Assembly: GCA_044892525.1 (NCBI GenBank)
Contig: CM097886.1
Coordinates: forward strand, 173,650,312-173,714,311
DNA: 64,000 nucleotides
From: Schmidtea polychroa
Lineage: Eukaryota
Direction of reading: 5' to 3'
The notes under the pieces were generated by a model. It saw nothing but the letters and a program-made list of their open reading frames with translations. It was not told where the DNA came from and did not search any database. The position numbers and the translations under genes are program-made. Shown here one piece after another: positions 33,301-48,300 of the stretch (the stretch's first letter is position 1; each line of letters opens with the position of its first letter).

Positions 33301-36300
33301 GACTTCATGTTACCGCTATTGTAAATTTCAGGAGAAATGAAAACCGTTTGGTGAAAATTAAAGTGTTTATCGAAAAATGTCTTCGTATTAAAAATATGTT
33401 CAATAAATTTTCGTTTATACTCCCTATACTATTATTTAACATTTAACGAACATATTAGTACTCAGTTTCTCTATTGACGTGAATTTTGACAGAAGAGTGT
33501 TTTATCACCAGAAGATGGAGTGTCGGTTGATGCAAATAGACGATTACTGATGTCGGATGAAATTTCAGAGTGTGATGTCTAAGAAATAAGAATTTGTAGC
33601 CACCTCAGTCATTGTCAGTTAAGATTACTCTCCCTTTTCAACATTGAAATGTACTCCACTCTACTTTAAACTATTTCTTGCAGAATTTTATTACCTTCAG
33701 CGACGGACCCGTGAGGAAACCCCCACATTCCGGCCCACGTCAGCTGCGTGATTGAAGAGATCCACACCCGCGGCTGAGCTCCCGAAGGCTCCTCACACCA
33801 TGGCGTGGGTCTCCTCAACTCCACGTTTCTCAAATATAATTTTATCATAATCAGTAGAGCTCGAAGATAAAAACATATCATAAATATTCATATACCATTA
33901 GTTTTTAAATTAAATCATGAAACTGTATTAACATTAAAAAGTGAGATCGAATGAAGAAGTTTTATTAAATATGTTAAGTTAATGTAATCAAATATTTAAT
34001 CCTTGAAAAACATTTACCAAATTTTACAATAACAACACATCCTTACTTATCGTTCGTAAATCGGTGATTCCAAAAGGCTGAGCCGAAAAAGCTAATCAAA
34101 TCGGTTATAGAAATAGATCGTCGATAGAATTGTTCCTAATAGTCGTCTGAGTGTCCGGTGATTGTCTGGATAGTCGAGTACCTGTAATTGGTTTGGTTTA
34201 ACATTAACTATAGTGAGTTTGCTGTTTACTTATATATGCATTTTTCGTTTATGCGGACCAATCAGAATTGAGTACCGCTTAATTTTATTACTTTAATTTA
34301 TTTTTCTTGTTTTTGAGTTATTTCTTCCTATTTTCTTTATTTTTATTGTGTTTTTATTTATTGTCCTATTTTAATTTTTCTTATTTTTATATTTTTTGTT
34401 TTAATTCTTATTTTCTAATTATTGTTTTTTCTTATATTCTATTCTATTTTATTCGTCAATCTGTTTATTTTATTTTTATTTTACTTTAGTTATGTTTAAC
34501 CTAATTTCTTAGATACCCCTCGACTCAGCCCAACAAATCACTCGGGGACCCATCAAAATTGCGTCCCGGGATATATCCCCATAAATCTACCAAATAGCTG
34601 CCCGGATCTCAATGCGGTATCATGACCACAACCCTTTAGGGTAATAGTATGAGGAGAAATAATTTACTGAAACAATTTATTAAAATAATTTATTAAAATA
34701 ATTTGCTAATTTATTAAAGTTATTAAATTTATTTCAAACCCAAATCAAAGGAAGTCTAAATTTATTAATCACTAAAATTCTGACAAAATTATCAAATCGA
34801 AGGACGAAGAACTTAATAGTGAACTACATTCATTAATCCAATCACCCATATATTTGCATCATGGTTTCTTCGAATCACATTCATGCCAAAGTCCTGCGGG
34901 CACAGGTGATGAAATGTATCCCCTGGGGTGGGAAAGCCTCTGGATGATTCCTTCAGTTTTTATTGGTTCAACGAGTGTGGCCGACTACTGATATTACTGA
35001 AATGTAATTAAAAATTTACGATATCAATATTTAATATTTTCAATTGTTTACCTTATCACAGAAAAAAAATTACCAAAAGTACAAATTGATTTGAAATTCA
35101 TTATTTATCATTAATTATAATTATATCAACAAAACAACGAAAAAATTTAGATACTGTAAATGACTATAACAAAACAAAAAGTACTAAAAATCAAGGTTCC
35201 ATGGCTTTATTCAAGTTATTAGTTTTCAAATTTTTTCTATTAGATGAAAAATTTTTTTTCTTCTTAATTTAATTGATTAAAAATTATCGCTAAGTTAAAT
35301 TCAATCTTCGTGTTAAAAGCACTCAACTTACTTACAGTAACATGTTATTTAGTTGAGATATTTTATCATAACTTCAATTTGTAAGTTATTGGTTGGGAAC
35401 AGGTTGTAACATTTGTACTGCAGACATGTCACAATCAAGCGACCACAGTGAAGAAGAGGTCCAACAAATGGTCACTCGACTCCGTACCCGGTACATTTGG
35501 TTCCACATCCGTCGGTGGAGCCAGGGACGGTACCTGGATAGCACTAATCGAGTTATTCGAAGTGGCCCCGAACCAGATGCCCCGGCGTGGGTGAAGATAG
35601 AACCGGCAAACAATGTACTCCAGGAGGCCCGTGATCAAGCGGCTGGTGCCGTAGAGGCCGCCCAGGTGCGACTCAAGAAGATCGAGTTGCAAATCAGAGC
35701 AGAAAGGGAGGGTAGTCAGATATCGATCTGAGTCAACCCAGTCGTGTGTGGGTATTTCAATTTCTATTCTCAGCGTCATTAGCTGACTGGGAAAATACTG
35801 CATGTGGCATATGTAAGTATGTACTGGTGTGTATTAGTGCGTGTGACTTGTCTCGTATGTTCTCTCGTTATCTAACGTTAAAGTTTTACAGCTGATCATA
35901 TTACACCGCGAGTTGGATTTAATTCGTTTAATCAATATGCTACCTATGATTATTTCTCATCGAACGTGGACATTGGATTTTATTCTCATGATGTGCAGTC
36001 TCTTTCGCTTTCTACCTGGATATTATTATTTCGTGGATGTTTTCGGCAACTTATTCGAAAGATCTTCACCTGGACAATATTGGTCGAAGGTGTCTTTTAC
36101 TGAAAGGACTTCATGTTACCGCTATTGTAAATTTCAGGAGAAATGAAAACCGTTTGGTGAAAATTAAAGTGTTTATCGAAAAATGTCTTCGTATTAAAAA
36201 TATGTTCAATAAATTTTCGTTTATACTCCCTATACTATTATTTAACATTTAACGAACATATTAGTACTCAGTTTCTCTATTGACGTGAATTTTGACAGAA

Positions 36301-39300
36301 GAGTGTTTTATCACCAGAAGATGGAGTGTCGGTTGATGCAAATAGACGATTACTGATGTCGGATGAAATTTCAGAGTGTGATGTCTAAGAAATAAGAATT
36401 TGTAGCCACCTCAGTCATTGTCAGTTAAGATTACTCTCCCTTTTCAACATTGAAATGTACTCCACTCTACTTTAAACTATTTCTTGCAGAATTTTATTAC
36501 CTTCAGCGACGGACCCGTGAGGAAACCCCCACATTCCGGCCCACGTCAGCTGCGTGATTGAAGAGATCCACACCCGCGGCTGAGCTCCCGAAGGCTCCTC
36601 ACACCATGGCGTGGGTCTCCTCAACTCCACGTTTCTCAAATATAATTTTATCATAATCAGTAGAGCTCGAAGATAAAAACATATCATAAATATTCATATA
36701 CCATTAGTTTTTAAATTAAATCATGAAACTGTATTAACATTAAAAAGTGAGATCGAATGAAGAAGTTTTATTAAATATGTTAAGTTAATGTAATCAAATA
36801 TTTAATCCTTGAAAAACATTTACCAAATTTTACAATAACAACACATCCTTACTTATCGTTCGTAAATCGGTGATTCCAAAAGGCTGAGCCGAAAAAGCTA
36901 ATCAAATCGGTTATAGAAATAGATCGTCGATAGAATTGTTCCTAATAGTCGTCTGAGTGTCCGGTGATTGTCTGGATAGTCGAGTACCTGTTATTGGTTT
37001 GGTTTAACATTAACTATAGTGAGTTTGCTGTTTACTTATATATGCATTTTTCGTTTATGCGGACCAATCAGAATTGAGTACCGCTTAATTTTATTACTTT
37101 AATTTATTTTTCTTGTTTTTGAGTTATTTCTTCCTATTTTCTTTATTTTTATTGTGTTTTTATTTATTGTCCTATTTTAATTTTTCTTATTTTTATATTT
37201 TTTGTTTTAATTCTTATTTTCTAATTATTGTTTTTTCTTATATTCTATTCTATTTTATTCGTCAATCTGTTTATTTTATTTTTATTTTACTTTAGTTATG
37301 TTTAACCTAATTTCTTAGATACCCCTCGACTCAGCCCAACAAATCACTCGGGGACCCATCAAAATTGCGTCCCGGGATATATCCCCATAAATCTACCAAA
37401 TAGCTGCCCGGATCTCAATGCGGTATCATGACCACAACCCTTTAGGGTAATAGTATGAGGAGAAATAATTTACTGAAACAATTTATTAAAATAATTTATT
37501 AAAATAATTTGCTAATTTATTAAAGTTATTAAATTTATTTCAAACCCAAATCAAAGGAAGTCTAAATTTATTAATCACTAAAATTCTGACAAAATTATCA
37601 AATCGAAGGACGAAGAACTTAATAGTGAACTACATTCATTAATCCAATCACCCATATATTTGCATCATGGTTTCTTCGAATCACATTCATGCCAAAGTCC
37701 TGCGGGTACAGGTGATGAAATGTATCCCCTGGGGTGGGAAAGCCTCTGGATGATTCCTTCAGTTTTTATTGGTTCAACGAGTGTGGCCGACTACTGATAT
37801 TACTGAAATGTAATTAAAAATTTACGATATCAATATTTAATATTTTCAATTGTTTACCTTATCACAGAAAAAAAATTACCAAAAGTACAAATTGATTTGA
37901 AATTCATTATTTATCATTAATTATAATTATATCAACAAAACAACGAAAAAATTTAGATACTGTAAATGACTATAACAAAACAAAAAGTACTAAAAATCAA
38001 GGTTCCATGGCTTTATTCAAGTTATTAGTTTTCAAATTTTTTCTATTAGATGAAAAATTTTTTTTCTTCTTAATTTAATTGATTAAAAATTATCGCTAAG
38101 TTAAATTCAATCTTCGTGTTAAAAGCACTCAACTTACTTACAGTAACATGTTATTTAGTTGAGATATTTTATCATAACTTCAATTTGTAAGTTATTGGTT
38201 GGGAACAGGTTGTAACATTTGTACTGCAGACATGTCACAATCAAGCGACCACAGTGAAGAAGAGGTCCAACAAATGGTCACTCGACTCCGTACCCGGTAC
38301 ATTTGGTTCCACATCCGTCGGTGGAGCCAGGGACGGTACCTGGATAGCACTAATCGAGTTATTCGAAGTGGCCCCGAACCAGATGCCCCGGCGTGGGTGA
38401 AGATAGAACCGGCAAACAATGTACTCCAGGAGGCCCGTGATCAAGCGGCTGGTGCCGTAGAGGCCGCCCAGGTGCGACTCAAGAAGATCGAGTTGCAAAT
38501 CAGAGCAGAAAGGGAGGGTAGTCAGATATCGATCTGAGTCAACCCAGTCGTGTGTGGGTATTTCAATTTCTATTCTCAGCGTCATTAGCTGACTGGGAAA
38601 ATACTGCATGTGGCATATGTAAGTATGTACTGGTGTGTATTAGTGCGTGTGACTTGTCTCGTATGTTCTCTCGTTATCTAACGTTAAAGTTTTACAGCTG
38701 ATCATATTACACCGCGAGTTGGATTTAATTCGTTTAATCAATATGCTACCTATGATTATTTCTCATCGAACGTGGACATTGGATTTTATTCTCATGATGT
38801 GCAGTCTCTTTCGCTTTCTACCTGGATATTATTATTTCGTGGATGTTTTCGGCAACTTATTCGAAAGATCTTCACCTGGACAATATTGGTCGAAGGTGTC
38901 TTTTACTGAAAGGACTTCATGTTACCGCTATTGTAAATTTCAGGAGAAATGAAAACCGTTTGGTGAAAATTAAAGTGTTTATCGAAAAATGTCTTCGTAT
39001 TAAAAATATGTTCAATAAATTTTCGTTTATACTCCCTATACTATTATTTAACATTTAACGAACATATTAGTACTCAGTTTCTCTATTGACGTGAATTTTG
39101 ACAGAAGAGTGTTTTATCACCAGAAGATGGAGTGTCGGTTGATGCAAATAGACGATTACTGATGTCGGATGAAATTTCAGAGTGTGATGTCTAAGAAATA
39201 AGAATTTGTAGCCACCTCAGTCATTGTCAGTTAAGATTACTCTCCCTTTTCAACATTGAAATGTACTCCACTCTACTTTAAACTATTTCTTGCAGAATTT

Positions 39301-42300
39301 TATTACCTTCAGCGACGGACCCGTGAGGAAACCCCCACATTCCGGCCCACGTCAGCTGCGTGATTGAAGAGATCCACACCCGCGGCTGAGCTCCCGAAGG
39401 CTCCTCACACCATGGCGTGGGTCTCCTCAACTCCACGTTTCTCAAATATAATTTTATCATAATCAGTAGAGCTCGAAGATAAAAACATATCATAAATATT
39501 CATATACCATTAGTTTTTAAATTAAATCATGAAACTGTATTAACATTAAAAAGTGAGATCGAATGAAGAAGTTTTATTAAATATGTTAAGTTAATGTAAT
39601 CAAATATTTAATCCTTGAAAAACATTTACCAAATTTTACAATAACAACACATCCTTACTTATCGTTCGTAAATCGGTGATTCCAAAAGGCTGAGCCGAAA
39701 AAGCTAATCAAATCGGTTATAGAAATAGATCGTCGATAGAATTGTTCCTAATAGTCGTCTGAGTGTCCGGTGATTGTCTGGATAGTCGAGTACCTGTAAT
39801 TGGTTTGGTTTAACATTAACTATAGTGAGTTTGCTGTTTACTTATATATGCATTTTTCGTTTATGCGGACCAATCAGAATTGAGTACCGCTTAATTTTAT
39901 TACTTTAATTTATTTTTCTTGTTTTTGAGTTATTTCTTCCTATTTTCTTTATTTTTATTGTGTTTTTATTTATTGTCCTATTTTAATTTTTCTTATTTTT
40001 ATATTTTTTGTTTTAATTCTTATTTTCTAATTATTGTTTTTTCTTATATTCTATTCTATTTTATTCGTCAATCTGTTTATTTTATTTTTATTTTACTTTA
40101 GTTATGTTTAACCTAATTTCTTAGATACCCCTCGACTCAGCCCAACAAATCACTCGGGGACCCATCAAAATTGCGTCCCGGGATATATCCCCATAAATCT
40201 ACCAAATAGCTGCCCGGATCTCAATGCGGTATCATGACCACAACCCTTTAGGGTAATAGTATGAGGAGAAATAATTTACTGAAACAATTTATTAAAATAA
40301 TTTATTAAAATAATTTGCTAATTTATTAAAGTTATTAAATTTATTTCAAACCCAAATCAAAGGAAGTCTAAATTTATTAATCACTAAAATTCTGACAAAA
40401 TTATCAAATCGAAGGACGAAGAACTTAATAGTGAACTACATTCATTAATCCAATCACCCATATATTTGCATCATGGTTTCTTCGAATCACATTCATGCCA
40501 AAGTCCTGCGGGCACAGGTGATGAAATGTATCCCCTGGGGTGGGAAAGCCTCTGGATGATTCCTTCAGTTTTTATTGGTTCAACGAGTGTGGCCGACTAC
40601 TGATATTACTGAAATGTAATTAAAAATTTACGATATCAATATTTAATATTTTCAATTGTTTACCTTATCACAGAAAAAAAATTACCAAAAGTACAAATTG
40701 ATTTGAAATTCATTATTTATCATTAATTATAATTATATCAACAAAACAACGAAAAAATTTAGATACTGTAAATGACTATAACAAAACAAAAAGTACTAAA
40801 AATCAAGGTTCCATGGCTTTATTCAAGTTATTAGTTTTCAAATTTTTTCTATTAGATGAAAAATTTTTTTTCTTCTTAATTTAATTGATTAAAAATTATC
40901 GCTAAGTTAAATTCAATCTTCGTGTTAAAAGCACTCAACTTACTTACAGTAACATGTTATTTAGTTGAGATATTTTATCATAACTTCAATTTGTAAGTTA
41001 TTGGTTGGGAACAGGTTGTAACATTTGTACTGCAGACATGTCACAATCAAGCGACCACAGTGAAGAAGAGGTCCAACAAATGGTCACTCGACTCCGTACC
41101 CGGTACATTTGGTTCCACATCCGTCGGTGGAGCCAGGGACGGTACCTGGATAGCACTAATCGAGTTATTCGAAGTGGCCCCGAACCAGATGCCCCGGCGT
41201 GGGTGAAGATAGAACCGGCAAACAATGTACTCCAGGAGGCCCGTGATCAAGCGGCTGGTGCCGTAGAGGCCGCCCAGGTGCGACTCAAGAAGATCGAGTT
41301 GCAAATCAGAGCAGAAAGGGAGGGTAGTCAGATATCGATCTGAGTCAACCCAGTCGTGTGTGGGTATTTCAATTTCTATTCTCAGCGTCATTAGCTGACT
41401 GGGAAAATACTGCATGTGGCATATGTAAGTATGTACTGGTGTGTATTAGTGCGTGTGACTTGTCTCGTATGTTCTCTCGTTATCTAACGTTAAAGTTTTA
41501 CAGCTGATCATATTACACCGCGAGTTGGATTTAATTCGTTTAATCAATATGCTACCTATGATTATTTCTCATCGAACGTGGACATTGGATTTTATTCTCA
41601 TGATGTGCAGTCTCTTTCGCTTTCTACCTGGATATTATTATTTCGTGGATGTTTTCGGCAACTTATTCGAAAGATCTTCACCTGGACAATATTGGTCGAA
41701 GGTGTCTTTTACTGAAAGGACTTCATGTTACCGCTATTGTAAATTTCAGGAGAAATGAAAACCGTTTGGTGAAAATTAAAGTGTTTATCGAAAAATGTCT
41801 TCGTATTAAAAATATGTTCAATAAATTTTCGTTTATACTCCCTATACTATTATTTAACATTTAACGAACATATTAGTACTCAGTTTCTCTATTGACGTGA
41901 ATTTTGACAGAAGAGTGTTTTATCACCAGAAGATGGAGTGTCGGTTGATGCAAATAGACGATTACTGATGTCGGATGAAATTTCAGAGTGTGATGTCTAA
42001 GAAATAAGAATTTGTAGCCACCTCAGTCATTGTCAGTTAAGATTACTCTCCCTTTTCAACATTGAAATGTACTCCACTCTACTTTAAACTATTTCTTGCA
42101 GAATTTTATTACCTTCAGCGACGGACCCGTGAGGAAACCCCCACATTCCGGCCCACGTCAGCTGCGTGATTGAAGAGATCCACACCCGCGGCTGAGCTCC
42201 CGAAGGCTCCTCACACCATGGCGTGGGTCTCCTCAACTCCACGTTTCTCAAATATAATTTTATCATAATCAGTAGAGCTCGAAGATAAAAACATATCATA

Positions 42301-45300
42301 AATATTCATATACCATTAGTTTTTAAATTAAATCATGAAACTGTATTAACATTAAAAAGTGAGATCGAATGAAGAAGTTTTATTAAATATGTTAAGTTAA
42401 TGTAATCAAATATTTAATCCTTGAAAAACATTTACCAAATTTTACAATAACAACACATCCTTACTTATCGTTCGTAAATCGGTGATTCCAAAAGGCTGAG
42501 CCGAAAAAGCTAATCAAATCGGTTATAGAAATAGATCGTCGATAGAATTGTTCCTAATAGTCGTCTGAGTGTCCGGTGATTGTCTGGATAGTCGAGTACC
42601 TGTAATTGGTTTGGTTTAACATTAACTATAGTGAGTTTGCTGTTTACTTATATATGCATTTTTCGTTTATGCGGACCAATCAGAATTGAGTACCGCTTAA
42701 TTTTATTACTTTAATTTATTTTTCTTGTTTTTGAGTTATTTCTTCCTATTTTCTTTATTTTTATTGTGTTTTTATTTATTGTCCTATTTTAATTTTTCTT
42801 ATTTTTATATTTTTTGTTTTAATTCTTATTTTCTAATTATTGTTTTTTCTTATATTCTATTCTATTTTATTCGTCAATCTGTTTATTTTATTTTTATTTT
42901 ACTTTAGTTATGTTTAACCTAATTTCTTAGATACCCCTCGACTCAGCCCAACAAATCACTCGGGGACCCATCAAAATTGCGTCCCGGGATATATCCCCAT
43001 AAATCTACCAAATAGCTGCCCGGATCTCAATGCGGTATCATGACCACAACCCTTTAGGGTAATAGTATGAGGAGAAATAATTTACTGAAACAATTTATTA
43101 AAATAATTTATTAAAATAATTTGCTAATTTATTAAAGTTATTAAATTTATTTCAAACCCAAATCAAAGGAAGTCTAAATTTATTAATCACTAAAATTCTG
43201 ACAAAATTATCAAATCGAAGGACGAAGAACTTAATAGTGAACTACATTCATTAATCCAATCACCCATATATTTGCATCATGGTTTCTTCGAATCACATTC
43301 ATGCCAAAGTCCTGCGGGCACAGGTGATGAAATGTATCCCCTGGGGTGGGAAAGCCTCTGGATGATTCCTTCAGTTTTTATTGGTTCAACGAGTGTGGCC
43401 GACTACTGATATTACTGAAATGTAATTAAAAATTTACGATATCAATATTTAATATTTTCAATTGTTTACCTTATCACAGAAAAAAAATTACCAAAAGTAC
43501 AAATTGATTTGAAATTCATTATTTATCATTAATTATAATTATATCAACAAAACAACGAAAAAATTTAGATACTGTAAATGACTATAACAAAACAAAAAGT
43601 ACTAAAAATCAAGGTTCCATGGCTTTATTCAAGTTATTAGTTTTCAAATTTTTTCTATTAGATGAAAAATTTTTTTTCTTCTTAATTTAATTGATTAAAA
43701 ATTATCGCTAAGTTAAATTCAATCTTCGTGTTAAAAGCACTCAACTTACTTACAGTAACATGTTATTTAGTTGAGATATTTTATCATAACTTCAATTTGT
43801 AAGTTATTGGTTGGGAACAGGTTGTAACATTTGTACTGCAGACATGTCACAATCAAGCGACCACAGTGAAGAAGAGGTCCAACAAATGGTCACTCGACTC
43901 CGTACCCGGTACATTTGGTTCCACATCCGTCGGTGGAGCCAGGGACGGTACCTGGATAGCACTAATCGAGTTATTCGAAGTGGCCCCGAACCAGATGCCC
44001 CGGCGTGGGTGAAGATAGAACCGGCAAACAATGTACTCCAGGAGGCCCGTGATCAAGCGGCTGGTGCCGTAGAGGCCGCCCAGGTGCGACTCAAGAAGAT
44101 CGAGTTGCAAATCAGAGCAGAAAGGGAGGGTAGTCAGATATCGATCTGAGTCAACCCAGTCGTGTGTGGGTATTTCAATTTCTATTCTCAGCGTCATTAG
44201 CTGACTGGGAAAATACTGCATGTGGCATATGTAAGTATGTACTGGTGTGTATTAGTGCGTGTGACTTGTCTCGTATGTTCTCTCGTTATCTAACGTTAAA
44301 GTTTTACAGCTGATCATATTACACCGCGAGTTGGATTTAATTCGTTTAATCAATATGCTACCTATGATTATTTCTCATCGAACGTGGACATTGGATTTTA
44401 TTCTCATGATGTGCAGTCTCTTTCGCTTTCTACCTGGATATTATTATTTCGTGGATGTTTTCGGCAACTTATTCGAAAGATCTTCACCTGGACAATATTG
44501 GTCGAAGGTGTCTTTTACTGAAAGGACTTCATGTTACCGCTATTGTAAATTTCAGGAGAAATGAAAACCGTTTGGTGAAAATTAAAGTGTTTATCGAAAA
44601 ATGTCTTCGTATTAAAAATATGTTCAATAAATTTTCGTTTATACTCCCTATACTATTATTTAACATTTAACGAACATATTAGTACTCAGTTTCTCTATTG
44701 ACGTGAATTTTGACAGAAGAGTGTTTTATCACCAGAAGATGGAGTGTCGGTTGATGCAAATAGACGATTACTGATGTCGGATGAAATTTCAGAGTGTGAT
44801 GTCTAAGAAATAAGAATTTGTAGCCACCTCAGTCATTGTCAGTTAAGATTACTCTCCCTTTTCAACATTGAAATGTACTCCACTCTACTTTAAACTATTT
44901 CTTGCAGAATTTTATTACCTTCAGCGACGGACCCGTGAGGAAACCCCCACATTCCGGCCCACGTCAGCTGCGTGATTGAAGAGATCCACACCCGCGGCTG
45001 AGCTCCCGAAGGCTCCTCACACCATGGCGTGGGTCTCCTCAACTCCACGTTTCTCAAATATAATTTTATCATAATCAGTAGAGCTCGAAGATAAAAACAT
45101 ATCATAAATATTCATATACCATTAGTTTTTAAATTAAATCATGAAACTGTATTAACATTAAAAAGTGAGATCGAATGAAGAAGTTTTATTAAATATGTTA
45201 AGTTAATGTAATCAAATATTTAATCCTTGAAAAACATTTACCAAATTTTACAATAACAACACATCCTTACTTATCGTTCGTAAATCGGTGATTCCAAAAG

Positions 45301-48300
45301 GCTGAGCCGAAAAAGCTAATCAAATCGGTTATAGAAATAGATCGTCGATAGAATTGTTCCTAATAGTCGTCTGAGTGTCCGGTGATTGTCTGGATAGTCG
45401 AGTACCTGTTATTGGTTTGGTTTAACATTAACTATAGTGAGTTTGCTGTTTACTTATATATGCATTTTTCGTTTATGCGGACCAATCAGAATTGAGTACC
45501 GCTTAATTTTATTACTTTAATTTATTTTTCTTGTTTTTGAGTTATTTCTTCCTATTTTCTTTATTTTTATTGTGTTTTTATTTATTGTCCTATTTTAATT
45601 TTTCTTATTTTTATATTTTTTGTTTTAATTCTTATTTTCTAATTATTGTTTTTTCTTATATTCTATTCTATTTTATTCGTCAATCTGTTTATTTTATTTT
45701 TATTTTACTTTAGTTATGTTTAACCTAATTTCTTAGATACCCCTCGACTCAGCCCAACAAATCACTCGGGGACCCATCAAAATTGCGTCCCGGGATATAT
45801 CCCCATAAATCTACCAAATAGCTGCCCGGATCTCAATGCGGTATCATGACCACAACCCTTTAGGGTAATAGTATGAGGAGAAATAATTTACTGAAACAAT
45901 TTATTAAAATAATTTATTAAAATAATTTGCTAATTTATTAAAGTTATTAAATTTATTTCAAACCCAAATCAAAGGAAGTCTAAATTTATTAATCACTAAA
46001 ATTCTGACAAAATTATCAAATCGAAGGACGAAGAACTTAATAGTGAACTACATTCATTAATCCAATCACCCATATATTTGCATCATGGTTTCTTCGAATC
46101 ACATTCATGCCAAAGTCCTGCGGGTACAGGTGATGAAATGTATCCCCTGGGGTGGGAAAGCCTCTGGATGATTCCTTCAGTTTTTATTGGTTCAACGAGT
46201 GTGGCCGACTACTGATATTACTGAAATGTAATTAAAAATTTACGATATCAATATTTAATATTTTCAATTGTTTACCTTATCACAGAAAAAAAATTACCAA
46301 AAGTACAAATTGATTTGAAATTCATTATTTATCATTAATTATAATTATATCAACAAAACAACGAAAAAATTTAGATACTGTAAATGACTATAACAAAACA
46401 AAAAGTACTAAAAATCAAGGTTCCATGGCTTTATTCAAGTTATTAGTTTTCAAATTTTTTCTATTAGATGAAAAATTTTTTTTCTTCTTAATTTAATTGA
46501 TTAAAAATTATCGCTAAGTTAAATTCAATCTTCGTGTTAAAAGCACTCAACTTACTTACAGTAACATGTTATTTAGTTGAGATATTTTATCATAACTTCA
46601 ATTTGTAAGTTATTGGTTGGGAACAGGTTGTAACATTTGTACTGCAGACATGTCACAATCAAGCGACCACAGTGAAGAAGAGGTCCAACAAATGGTCACT
46701 CGACTCCGTACCCGGTACATTTGGTTCCACATCCGTCGGTGGAGCCAGGGACGGTACCTGGATAGCACTAATCGAGTTATTCGAAGTGGCCCCGAACCAG
46801 ATGCCCCGGCGTGGGTGAAGATAGAACCGGCAAACAATGTACTCCAGGAGGCCCGTGATCAAGCGGCTGGTGCCGTAGAGGCCGCCCAGGTGCGACTCAA
46901 GAAGATCGAGTTGCAAATCAGAGCAGAAAGGGAGGGTAGTCAGATATCGATCTGAGTCAACCCAGTCGTGTGTGGGTATTTCAATTTCTATTCTCAGCGT
47001 CATTAGCTGACTGGGAAAATACTGCATGTGGCATATGTAAGTATGTACTGGTGTGTATTAGTGCGTGTGACTTGTCTCGTATGTTCTCTCGTTATCTAAC
47101 GTTAAAGTTTTACAGCTGATCATATTACACCGCGAGTTGGATTTAATTCGTTTAATCAATATGCTACCTATGATTATTTCTCATCGAACGTGGACATTGG
47201 ATTTTATTCTCATGATGTGCAGTCTCTTTCGCTTTCTACCTGGATATTATTATTTCGTGGATGTTTTCGGCAACTTATTCGAAAGATCTTCACCTGGACA
47301 ATATTGGTCGAAGGTGTCTTTTACTGAAAGGACTTCATGTTACCGCTATTGTAAATTTCAGGAGAAATGAAAACCGTTTGGTGAAAATTAAAGTGTTTAT
47401 CGAAAAATGTCTTCGTATTAAAAATATGTTCAATAAATTTTCGTTTATACTCCCTATACTATTATTTAACATTTAACGAACATATTAGTACTCAGTTTCT
47501 CTATTGACGTGAATTTTGACAGAAGAGTGTTTTATCACCAGAAGATGGAGTGTCGGTTGATGCAAATAGACGATTACTGATGTCGGATGAAATTTCAGAG
47601 TGTGATGTCTAAGAAATAAGAATTTGTAGCCACCTCAGTCATTGTCAGTTAAGATTACTCTCCCTTTTCAACATTGAAATGTACTCCACTCTACTTTAAA
47701 CTATTTCTTGCAGAATTTTATTACCTTCAGCGACGGACCCGTGAGGAAACCCCCACATTCCGGCCCACGTCAGCTGCGTGATTGAAGAGATCCACACCCG
47801 CGGCTGAGCTCCCGAAGGCTCCTCACACCATGGCGTGGGTCTCCTCAACTCCACGTTTCTCAAATATAATTTTATCATAATCAGTAGAGCTCGAAGATAA
47901 AAACATATCATAAATATTCATATACCATTAGTTTTTAAATTAAATCATGAAACTGTATTAACATTAAAAAGTGAGATCGAATGAAGAAGTTTTATTAAAT
48001 ATGTTAAGTTAATGTAATCAAATATTTAATCCTTGAAAAACATTTACCAAATTTTACAATAACAACACATCCTTACTTATCGTTCGTAAATCGGTGATTC
48101 CAAAAGGCTGAGCCGAAAAAGCTAATCAAATCGGTTATAGAAATAGATCGTCGATAGAATTGTTCCTAATAGTCGTCTGAGTGTCCGGTGATTGTCTGGA
48201 TAGTCGAGTACCTGTTATTGGTTTGGTTTAACATTAACTATAGTGAGTTTGCTGTTTACTTATATATGCATTTTTCGTTTATGCGGACCAATCAGAATTG